DNA of 63,479 nt, filler included, from Rhabdomonas costata (Eukaryota): NCBI GenBank assembly GCA_019059605.1. It is 27 parts of 27 records of this genome, joined end to end, with 100 filler letters (N's around TTAATTAATTAA, not from the genome) between each part and the next. Parts side by side here need not be neighbours in the genome. Positions count along the whole stretch, not along the records: positions 23,545 to 25,798 come from JAHMHO010004502.1; positions 25,899 to 28,151 come from JAHMHO010004503.1; positions 28,252 to 30,505 come from JAHMHO010004504.1; positions 30,606 to 32,859 come from JAHMHO010004505.1; positions 32,960 to 35,213 come from JAHMHO010004506.1; 22 more parts are not named here. The stretch is one strand, 5' to 3'. The notes below the pieces were generated by a model that saw only the letters and a list, made by a program, of their open reading frames with translations, did no database searches and had not been told where the DNA came from. Shown here one piece after another: positions 24,226 to 34,185 of the stretch; position 1 is the first letter of the stretch, and each line of letters opens with the position of its first letter. The position numbers and the translations under genes were made by a program.

Positions 24226-25614
24226 TTAATTATGTAACCCGAGGTGCCAGGAGAGTCCGCAGAAATAGCGACTATCAGTCCATAAGGTCCTGCCAAATTC
24301 AGCGGGGCCGCAAGACAAACAAGCGCTGGCAAGGTCATTCAAGACAAGGGGCTCGTGCTCCTTGAAGTCGCTCTCCACATCGTCCTTGGGCAGCTTATTG
24401 ATCAGGACATGGCGAACGCTATCATCCCTCTCCGCCCTCATGGACACGGCCCACAGCTGCAACACAAGCACACTGGGGAGGATGAAGGGAAGGTTCACCC
24501 TGTCCTCCTTTGGGGTAGGTAGTAGAGTTGTCCCTGAGGGCCAGAGGTACTCCGCTTCCTTGGGGTACTGCGAGACCCAGGAGACAGGGGCGCCGTGGGT
24601 AAGCCAGCAGTACCTCTTGGGGTAATTTGGGCTGTCCGGGGGGTGCTGTTGCCCCTTCGCGTTGAAGAAGTCCGCAACCAGCGGAGGTGGGCTGCGGATC
24701 ACAAACAGGACGTTCCCTTCGAAGGTCCCCTCAGTTGCGATGCTACGTTCCGAGGTGGTAGACATAAATGCAAGGTCACACAGGGAGGGCATCAACAACA
24801 GCGAGGTGATTCTGTTGGCGTTGTAGAGCCCATCGGGGCGTCGGGCAGGGGGAAGGGCCTCGTAGAACTCCCGCTTCAAAGCACGATACTGGTGCACGTA
24901 CACGGGTGAGAGCGCGCCGTTAAGACCGCGATAGAGCTCCTGCGGATGCTCGGGGTCAGAGTCGGAGAGGAGGATCAAGGCGGCATCCAGAGCAGCGCAG
25001 GTGTGAAAGAATTCATCGCCCATACGCCGGCGACACTCATTGAGGGCTCGATAGGCTGGCCCCGTGTACAGCCGCAGAGCAGCCAGGTGAGCTTGGTTCA
25101 GACCCGCCTTCACCGCAAAGGGGTGAGCGCAGAAGTCTGCAAAGGTCTTCCCTTGGTTGCCCTCGTCCCGAACGTCACCATCCCATGTTCGACACTGTGG
25201 GTCCTCGGGGACAGGATTCATGATGTACTCCCAGTGAAGCTTCAAGTCAGTCCGCCCAGACAATTCTCTCTGGACTGCGGTAAACTGGCTCTCTGGAGTG
25301 AGGACAGGAGCATTGCAAGAGTAGCGGTTGTGCCGAACCATGAAAATGCCTAGGTTCAGCTCTAGGTACTTCAGGTCCCTGGCATCCTCAGGGGCCTTCT
25401 TGCGGCCTCCACGCGCTCCTCGCCCAGTCGTGGGAGCGATTGCGGGAGGGTCGGCCGCGACGGCGGCGGTATTGGCGGCGGGAATTGGCAAGGTAGGAGG
25501 AGAGGTTTCCCTTTGCGTTGGCACGTCATTGTGCTGCCCTGCCACCTCGGATGCTGACACCGCCGGGGAAGTGCCAGTGTGAGCGTCTGTTCCGCAAGAC
25601 GCCCCACATCCCAT
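24226..25614 (-). CDS. R-S-E class (ARTC/toxin-like) mono-ADP-ribosyltransferase with N-terminal acylation motif
   Basis: Long uninterrupted ORF with start MGCGASC after tttttatcag; ALRLYTGPAYRALN, LYRGL (R), AFMSTT (S), VSWVSQYPKEAEYL (ExE). Confidence 0.88.
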   Translation of the reverse strand: MGCGASCGTDAHTGTSPAVSASEVAGQHNDVPTQRETSPPTLPIPAANTAAVAADPPAIAPTTGRGARGGRKKAPEDARDLKYLELNLGIFMVRHNRYSCNAPVLTPESQFTAVQRELSGRTDLKLHWEYIMNPVPEDPQCRTWDGDVRDEGNQGKTFADFCAHPFAVKAGLNQAHLAALRLYTGPAYRALNECRRRMGDEFFHTCAALDAALILLSDSDPEHPQELYRGLNGALSPVYVHQYRALKREFYEALPPARRPDGLYNANRITSLLLMPSLCDLAFMSTTSERSIATEGTFEGNVLFVIRSPPPLVADFFNAKGQQHPPDSPNYPKRYCWLTHGAPVSWVSQYPKEAEYLWPSGTTLLPTPKEDRVNLPFILPSVLVLQLWAVSMRAERDDSVRHVLINKLPKDDVESDFKEHEPLVLNDLASACLSCGPAEFGRTLWTDSRYFCGLSWHLGLHN

Positions 25615-26304
25615 TGACTGATAAAAATCGAAAAATAACACAGGAAAAAAGTCGTTGGGACAAGCAGCTGACGAGAAGTTGCACACAAAAGCAAGGAAAA
25701 TGCCCAACAAAACAACAATTCAAACGCTGTGCATGTCTAATAACGCCCACAAATTCTTAGAGAGAAACCAAAAACCAACACCAAACACACCCCAACACNN
25801 NNNNNNNNNNNNNNNNNNNNNNNNNNNNNNNNNNNNNNNNNNTTAATTAATTAANNNNNNNNNNNNNNNNNNNNNNNNNNNNNNNNNNNNNNNNNNNNGG
25901 TGGGTGGGGGCAACTTTACCAGCATACCGTATACATACATACATACCAGCCTGGCGAAATTTTAGCATTTTAGCATTCCCAGAACTTCGATTTGAAACTC
26001 GTAATATGCTAAATTCTGGATGTCACTTCCTTCCTTGTAACTTTGGGGTACAACTTACCTTACACTGATGTGGCATAGCGATGCTTGTTTTTCTCACTGA
26101 TGGTTTTTTCTTGCTGCTGTTCTGGAACGCACTTCCACGGATTTCGGGAGCAGGAAGGACGGGATGGTAATTTGAGGTGAAGAACAAGTCTCCACCACCC
26201 ACCTGAAACAGAGCGGACTTAACCGTGTTCCTCAGCTTTAGTTATGAGTGGGTGGGATACATTTCCAACTGCCTCCCCAAACGCCCATTGTCGCACACAG
26301 AGAC

Positions 26305-27359
26305 CTTGACGCAGTCCTCCGCGATCCCGCACAGGCCCTCCCAGGTCGGCTGAAACCCAATCATTCGGTAGGCCTCCGCCGCAGCGATCAGCATCACATA
26401 CTTTCCGCCAAAGAAGCACAGCACAAAGCCCCCCAGCGCCGACGACAGAAGCTCTACCTCGTAGGGCTCCAATGTCTTGTAGAAGGCATGGCTAGACCTG
26501 TATAGCGGGTGTGTGTGTGGGGGGGGGGACACTAAACGGTGTCGCTTCGTTGTACGATCGTGGGCGTGGGCGGACTAATCGCTTCTGTCTTCTGACGGAG
26601 TCTTCCTGACTCTCGGCTTCATCTTTGTTGAACCTAAATATATTCTTGCTGGACTTTGACGGATCGGGGATTTATCCAGACAAATTTAAGGGAGAGTGAA
26701 ATCGGGATGCAGATTGGGGGTTAATTGGGAGTGATGGGGGGAAGATTGGGGGTCTAAATGAATTCCAAAAGTGCTACATTTCGGAACACGCGTAGGGGGA
26801 TGGAGGAAATTCTTAAATTTTTCCCACCTCAAAGCACATTTCTGTCGTTGAGAAAGCTGACCACCTTGAAAACCCTTGAAAAAGGAGTACAAGCTCCATC
26901 CCGACCCTCCCCTATTCACAACCGATGTTTTTAACCCATACAGAAGTTCGGGGTGACTAGCGGAGAAAACCAAGAATCTGAACCGGATTTCAGGGTTCTC
27001 ACACCGAGGGGGAAGGAAAGGCACAGTGGTCAGATCATACAACAACAGCATTGTCCGTCCCTTCCCCGTGGTCACTGTGACTCCAACTGGTTCCATCAGG
27101 CGCCATCCGCAGTATCTGACAACTCTTTGGTTCACATCGATTTTATTCTGCATCACACCCGCGAAAAATTTGCTTGCGATCCTTCGAGCCCCAACCTGCA
27201 CGCCAGCTCAGCCATCGGGTACAGGGCCTCCGCCACGTTAACGCAGCCCTCCACCACCGCAGAGGCCACCGCGACTACCTTCTCCGGCACGGCAGGGGCA
27301 AGCGGGGGGGCGCCGTAACTGCCCCCCCGTTCGCCGCCGCCACTGGGGACCTCAGACAT
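26305..27359 (-). CDS. Uncharacterised protist/algal-type membrane protein (first two exons)
   Basis: ATG at 27359 after acacag; phase-2 GT-AG intron; second exon GFVLCFFGGKYVMLIAAAEAYRMIGF recalls a CFFGG..L.AA.EA.R family of unknown function. Confidence 0.6.
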
Positions 27360-28251
27360 TACGGCCACCTGTGTTTGCGAACCAAAATCGTAGAGAACAA
27401 AAGGTGAAGACCTGCGCAGCACCAGAAAATCAAGTTCGTAAACAGCAGTCGCCAGTACTGCAGCAGAACAACATTCCCATGGCACAGTGCAGGCAGCTGT
27501 CGTCCGTGTGTGTGTGTGTGTGTCTGTGTGCGGTTGAAGTCACCAAATCGATACGCACATACCAATACATATTCTTCAGGACGTTTTTGCCTTTACTGTG
27601 GCACCACCAATGTCCCCATCCTCGCCCGTGTCTATTTCCGATTTCCAGGACCGCCGTGACGTGGAGGAGAGCTGACATACGTAATTCTCGGGCAAGATTT
27701 TCTCTCCCAGCAGTTAATCGAACGGGAAATAATTTTGCAGGTGCATTTCTTGGCATTTCTTGGACTTTCTTGGCATTTGAAATGCATTAACTTTCATGTA
27801 TGGCGACTGAACAATCCAATGTGAATGGTGCGTGTCGAGACACTTCTTGCTGTCGTTTTTTTTGCTTTCGGTGACACTTGAGTCCCACTGGTTCGCCCCA
27901 AGCGTTCACTCCCGTTGCCCATAACGAGGTTATTTATCCATGAGGAGGGAAGCGCCTGAGCTAAAGTTTAGCTAGGAGCTGCTGCCTTATTTCTCTCAGT
28001 TTGGAGACGGTTGTGAAATTTTTGCAACTGTCCACTACAAGACGTCAAGCCACAAAAAAGTTAGCTTTTCAAAGCTTAAAGCTTACATACCCAGCTTTGC
28101 CCCCCACCGCTACCACTGCCTGGCCGGTGTCTGGACTGGCGGATACACTACNNNNNNNNNNNNNNNNNNNNNNNNNNNNNNNNNNNNNNNNNNNNTTAAT
28201 TAATTAANNNNNNNNNNNNNNNNNNNNNNNNNNNNNNNNNNNNNNNNNNNN

Positions 28252-28454
28252 TTGGTGCTCTTGCGATCGTGCCGGAGATGCCCGCCGTGGCCATCCTTCG
28301 CGGCGACCGCAGCGAGTGGAGGGTGCTGGCGCATGTCGTGGGCAAAGGCGGCGCTGGCAAGGTCTTCCCAGCGTTCAGCACTCGACTGAAGAAGGAGGCC
28401 GCTGTGAAAGTGATGCACCTTTCGGGCGCAGGCGGTGAGTGCTTCACCAGAGAG
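28252..28454 (+). CDS. Protein kinase N-lobe exon
   Basis: VVGKGGAGKVF...AAVKVM...FTRE| (subdomains I-III); GTTTGT donor at 28455. Confidence 0.75.
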
Positions 28455-31400
28455 GTTTGTGCAGAATTTGTGGAGATTTGTTTTGGGTTGTGAGTTTACA
28501 TCTTCGCGATTGTACTTCGGGAAAGAGAAACCAGCAAAGCCAAAAAAGGATCAGAGTGTGCAGGCAAGTTCCGCCGCCACGGGAATTCCTTAACATTGTC
28601 TCTAAATGCTCAGGCATAAACCCTCGCTTGGCACGCACGAGAGGAGCAACGGCGGTCCGAGGAGCCCCTGTCGACGTACCACTTGGAACCCAAAGGTTGC
28701 CCACAGCGACGGCTGTCAACATCGCTCACAACTCCATAACCTCTCAAGAACCCTCTCAGCCTCTCCTCCTCACCGCACAAATCTTGCAAGTCAAAAATCG
28801 AAAACATGACAAATCTGAAGAGAACGTGCATCGCAACTGATGATTTCTAATGGGATCCCAAGGGGCACGTGCATCGCAACCTAACCCCCAACCCTTCTTC
28901 TAATGGAATCCAAATTGGGGCGGGATAATATAGTGCTGCCATACATATGTGTCACGACGGAGGAGGACTTGGGCCGGCGAGCCACCGCAGTTTCGTCTGC
29001 AAGAAGAACGGTATCACACACAGCAACCGCAAGCATGACTATGATGTCTGCAAGGGGTGGCATGGCATGGGTTACCGCATCTTTGCCGTTTCGCCGAGCG
29101 GTGTGGCTGGAGAGGGTCAGTCCGCACGGCGACCTGAGTTGGGAGGTTTTATGGGTCCGTGTTTAACAGTGCTAAACGACCGAAGCGGTTTCTTGTTTGA
29201 AGATGCTATTTTTGGAGTCAACGATTTCCAAAATATCTTGAACAAACAAGGACCCCGTCCCCCGGTGTCAATGTTGGGTAATACTGTTTTCCAATACATT
29301 CAAAAAATGGGGAGGCGGGGGTTGTTCACTTTCAATGTTTATAATCTATGTCAGCCGCCTGGATGAATTTGCAGGGATATAGGTGTGCCTCCCTTGCGCC
29401 CATAAGATGGACATTTCCCCATTTCTGGGGCCCAGAAAAAATATGACACTTTGGCAACGCTAAGCATGTAGGGCTACCCCACCATACCCTACCCCCGAAA
29501 AATTCAATACCCCACTCAGATGCTTCGGCCTGAAGCCTTTTTTTCTGCAAGGTGAAGTTGCCGGCATCGAGAGAAAACCTTGTGTTGCCCTTCTTCTAAT
29601 TGAATCCAAATTGGGGCTGGATAATATAGTGCTACCAATAATATATAATGGGTTATGGGTAGAGCAAAATGGTCAGGCAGTAATACCAAAGGAGTGTTCA
29701 CAAAAGCTTCCAGAACGACGGTAACCAAGTGTGTGGTGGACGATCATCAGCCACTAGCTTAGCCAACGTACTCTCAACAAGCGGGTCATTACTGCGTGCA
29801 AATTATAGACTCCAGCTGATTGGCGATATATAAGAGGTCTCAGCTGACCTGTCATCCTCAGAACCACGCGCAACTGGTTGTGTTGGTACAATGGTAGTGA
29901 ACAGCTCTGAGTGCGCCCACACAGGCGGGACAAGCTCTGGATATACCGAATACAAGTGACTGTGCTAATCTGAAGGGGGTGTTGCTCTGAGCTGATCATC
30001 GCTTTTGCTACAGGAACCTGAGAATGCTTAGTAATCAGCCTGATGTGAACGGTACGTCTCCTCCAAAGGAAACAACATATAGCTTGTCTCACGCACTAAG
30101 TCTGCAAGTGTAGTAAATGTGTACGAGGATCCAGAATCCCAAACATCGGGGGAAATCAATACGGCCACATTTTTGGTTACGCCAAAGTTGCACAGAGCAA
30201 TTTTAGTCTTTGGATAACGCTGCAACTAGGGTTGCGATAGAATGGCATGCTGTTGGTGTGTCCGATGTTGTCGCTGCAACTGGATGTGTTGTCACAGTAG
30301 AGCATAATTCATCAGCAGCGCGGGCTGGTTTATGAAGGCCTGGTATTTGAGATTATTAATTTTGGAATTTCGATAAATATGGCAGTGTAAGTGATACCGT
30401 ATTGTTCGCAACCTCGGAATTTCTCTGCAAGATTCGAAAAATACGGTATCACTTACACTGCCATATTTATCGAAATTCCAAAATTAATAATCTCAAATAC
30501 CAACCNNNNNNNNNNNNNNNNNNNNNNNNNNNNNNNNNNNNNNNNNNNNTTAATTAATTAANNNNNNNNNNNNNNNNNNNNNNNNNNNNNNNNNNNNNNN
30601 NNNNNGAGCCGTCTCATTTTGAGTTAATGTAGTTTTAGTTTTGGTTTTACAAGATTCCCGGGGGGACAAAATGACGTTCAACAGCACCATGGCGGTGAAG
30701 AAAGACCAAAATATCCCGGCGCAAAAAGTCACCTTTTTTCCATGCCGATTAACATCCAAAAACGTTGTCAATCCAATCCAAAGCGGTATCCTTTGAACTT
30801 GTGCGTGTTTTTTTGATTCTCTATGCGGCCGGAGATGGAAAATTAAACCTACGGAGTATTGAGGCAAAGGCGGGAAGATCAGAAAACCGGCCCGCACAGG
30901 TTCCCGCAAACCAATCACAAAGGAGCTCCTTGAAAACAGGGGTGGTGAGCAAACACACCCGTGCAGAACTCCCGTTCTGCCACACCCCCGATGTGTTTTT
31001 TCCAAAAGCCGCAGTTGCCCATGGTACGGAAGGCCTTCTTTAGGACGCCGTGTCCGAAGGAGGTCGACCACACAAAACGCACAACACACAACTCCAGCGC
31101 TAAGCGAAGGCGGCCAAGAATCCGCCTTTGGTCTGCGCGGAAAATTCGAGCGTGCGCGAGTGCGTGCCTCGGTGAGCCGGTCGGCAGGCGGACGGTCACT
31201 CAAAAAGGCAACCCCAAAACGCCAGAACAACAATAATATCTGGTTTCATTTGTTGCACCGTGAACGACAGCAGGGAATTGCTTCTGGATGAATGCTGCGT
31301 TTGTCCCACAATTCTGCCCCCCGAAAAAGCTATAGCCAGAAGTCCACGGCACCGCTGTAGCGCTGTGCTGTTGCTCTCGCCTCAAAATCCAAAGCGGAGG

Positions 31401-31475
31401 GGCAGAAACCTGTCCCGTAGGAATACCCACACTTGAGGGTCTGCTTGGCAAGGCCCAAGCCCTTAGATATGGTGG

Positions 31476-31736
31476 TCACTTTTGATTGGACTGAGCGGCG
31501 GCCGCGGCAGCGAGGCTCACCGCACGCTGTGCGTAGGGGCGGTACGCCTTGGCCAGGGAGAGATCCACTGCAAAGGCGTTGGCAAAGCCCCGCAACATTA
31601 GTGCCAGCCGCCCCGTCATGACGTACTCCCGGGGCACTGAGATCACTGGGTCGGCATGATTCAGCCAGTCCATGTACGCCATGGGATTCAGGCCCTTCTC
31701 CCGGGCTGGCCAGTCGTTGTCGTTGTAGAATGCGGC
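31476..31736 (-). CDS. ABC1/ADCK/UbiB atypical kinase, terminal exon
   Basis: gcag|AAFYND...DPVISVPREYVMTGRLALMLRGFANAFAVDLSLAKAYRPYA, matching the ABC1 C-terminal P-x-x-x-x-x-x-x-R-x-x-x-x-LRG motif. Confidence 0.75.
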   Translation of the reverse strand, partial: AAFYNDNDWPAREKGLNPMAYMDWLNHADPVISVPREYVMTGRLALMLRGFANAFAVDLSLAKAYRPYAQRAVSLAAAAAAQSNQK

Positions 31737-31934
31737 CTGCTCGCAAAGAGTGAGAAGGCAAACAGATGATTTGACCATGGAGATACTGCATCAGTAGTAG
31801 AGTTGCCCCAACCTCCGCACATTTGGAGCCTTCGAGTCTACCACCTGCTGTTGTAGATTCGGCATGGCAGGAATGGGTCCCCTTCCACTCCCGCCGCCAA
31901 TGCACCAACACGAACACCAATAACCGTGGAGATT

Positions 31935-32745
31935 GAAAAAAATTAGGTCGACTTTCTTACCAACTCCAAAATGCAATAACTCGTCACAGTAAAAGAGTGG
32001 AATTGGAATTTGAATATTAAGACGATTTATACTTGTCTTACCAAAGTTATACATATGATTTTTTAGAGCCCATATCATACGTTTACTAAAAAGAGCAGAA
32101 AATGAAGCGTATATATTTGCTGTATTAACGCCTAATTTAGAACCCAATTTAAAATAGTTATCGTATGGAACATTAAGTGTATCGTCTTGATCCTCTTGAC
32201 TCATCACTTTGATTTTTGAAGTGGAAAAGACAGTGTCTTGTTCCAACTTAGACTGAAAAAGCATTCTCTATAACGTCGAAGTAGTACCTGCAAATTGATA
32301 ATTGTTAACATCTGTAGAACTAATCACACATTTTATCGTGTCAAATATTGAACCGAGTGGGTTTTGTGTAAGATAAGGGACAGATATACCAGTAGGATTG
32401 TCACGAGTACCGCTATTAATAATTGGTTCAAGTGTTGTTTGTGTTCCATCCTCTCTCACCTGTGTAATTTGAATTAGAGCTGTAAGATAATAGTTCTTTC
32501 CATCAAGCACCCAACAACGAGAAGCTGAGGACGACAAGAAAATCGTAGCTTGCTGCTTTTCACCGGAACGTCTTTCCATTATAAACTATATCCTCAGGTT
32601 GATCTATTGTGAACTTAATATTGTTCCCCCCAATGTTAGTAGAAGAGCTAACAGAGGGATTACTCGAAATTTCGAGCAAATCGGAGCTATATATTGCCGA
32701 ATAAGGGACTGACATTTTTGATATATCAAAATTTTTGCTTTATCG
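31935..32745 (-). mobile_element. Endogenous viral element: decayed Polinton-like-virus double-jelly-roll major capsid gene (N-terminal half)
   Basis: AT-rich island. Removing the insertion 32504-32570 plus one copy of its 9-bp repeat and reading through TAG at 32268 restores about 240 codons: FDISKMSVPYSAIYSSDLLEISSNPSV..NIGGNNIKFTIDQPEDIVYNGKNYYLTALIQITQ..PYLTQNPLGSIFDTIKCVISSTDV..L*RMLFQSKLEQDTVFS..LNIQIPIPLF. Confidence 0.62.
32495..32579. mobile_element. 67-bp insertion flanked by a perfect 9-bp direct repeat (TCTTTCCAT)
   Basis: Repeat copies at 32495-32503 and 32571-32579. The insert is more GC-rich than its flanks, and its removal joins two frames seamlessly (VYNGK|NYYL). Confidence 0.8.
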
Positions 32746-33387
32746 TCTTTGTTTCTCAAGTGCTTAGTTCACCCCTGCTATCTCTTTCGTTCCTTCCTGT
32801 AAATTGTTTGTTTTTAGTGTTACACTCGTCCCGCACTCTGGTGCCTGTGCCGCAGTGCCNNNNNNNNNNNNNNNNNNNNNNNNNNNNNNNNNNNNNNNNN
32901 NNNTTAATTAATTAANNNNNNNNNNNNNNNNNNNNNNNNNNNNNNNNNNNNNNNNNNNNTTGGTGGTTCAGCATTAAACTGGTGCTGTGATGGAGGGTGG
33001 AGGAGTGGTGGTGGGGAGTGCCATACGGGTCAGGAAGTGGGTGGTGAGTTCCAGGTAAGCTGGTCTTGGGGCGACCCGCAACCAGAAATCATGCCCTGTT
33101 TTGCTTTATATAGCAACCCGCGTTTGTGGGGGCATGCCCCATATTGGTATTATTGTTTTGTAAATTACACACTGGACTTGTGTGGAGGTCTTTTCATCGT
33201 TTATTGTTTTGTAAATTATTGCCTTTTCCTTCCGTTAAATCTAGGTACAATGCTGACGATGTGTTTGGATTTTCCGTTCAATCCAAAATCTTGAAAAACG
33301 CAGAAGAAGCCGAAGTACAATCGGATTCCCGAAAGCACCTTGTGAATGTTTACACCACTTGTCCCTCCTAGAGTACTTCGTGGGCAT

Positions 33388-34185
33388 CTAACCCCAAGCA
33401 GCAGGCAAATCAGAGAAGCAAAGGGAGCCATACCACCACGAGGTAGGGCATAAACGCAGGTAATCAACCGAAGCTTTCTGGTTGTACCTTCCCTTCACCG
33501 AGACCAGACCGGGCTTCACTTCTTCAGCTCCAATGGCCACCTCATTGTAATCCACATCCCGAACGTCCACTGCCGTACCAAACTCAACAAGAATCTCTCT
33601 TTCCTCCGCGTAGCACGACAGCTCAGCAATGTTGTAGCCCTGAATCTCGGACACCGTGTAGAGGGTGCGCTCGCCTGTTTTGCCAGTCATGAAATTGGCA
33701 AGCACTTTGGGATCGGTGGTGAAGGAGGTCAGGCTGTTAAAGTAAATGGTCCGGACTCCAATCTTTATGGCCCCATCCACCCCACCTTCTGCTCGGTAGC
33801 CCTTCACCCCACAGATCCGGAATCGCTCTGGAAGACACCGCAGTCCAATCAGAACCAACTTCGCAAAGAACAGCACATCCCAAAATCGCACATTTCCCTG
33901 GTTGGACATCAGGTGTCTCAGAACATAACACAGCAGCTCTCCGGTGAAGCTTCGGAGGGCGGCCAGACACTCGACGCTGACAGTGCAACGGACGTCTCCA
34001 GGGGCTTTCTCCTGGGCCCAGCGGAAACACTCCTCCAGGCAGTCCTCGCCCGCGCTCCAGGCTGCGTTGAAATCGAAGGTCATCTCTCCTCTGTGTGGGT
34101 GGGTGAAGTGCACCCCATCCAGTTTCTGCACTGCCTCGCGCAATGTGAGGACCGGAATATCGTCAAGAAGCGATGCACGGTTCAT
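33388..34185 (-). CDS. Second R-S-E class mono-ADP-ribosyltransferase
   Basis: Uninterrupted ORF: AALRSFTGE, GLRCLP, GYRAEG (R), FNSLTSFTT (S), RTLYTV, GYNIAELSCYAEEREILV (ExE). Confidence 0.82.
   Translation of the reverse strand: MNRASLLDDIPVLTLREAVQKLDGVHFTHPHRGEMTFDFNAAWSAGEDCLEECFRWAQEKAPGDVRCTVSVECLAALRSFTGELLCYVLRHLMSNQGNVRFWDVLFFAKLVLIGLRCLPERFRICGVKGYRAEGGVDGAIKIGVRTIYFNSLTSFTTDPKVLANFMTGKTGERTLYTVSEIQGYNIAELSCYAEEREILVEFGTAVDVRDVDYNEVAIGAEEVKPGLVSVKGRYNQKASVDYLRLCPTSWWYGSLCFSDLPAAWG

Noticed and set aside
30341-30502. Perfect ~62-bp inverted repeat
   Set aside because: Same terminal fold-back pattern followed by a C/A tail.
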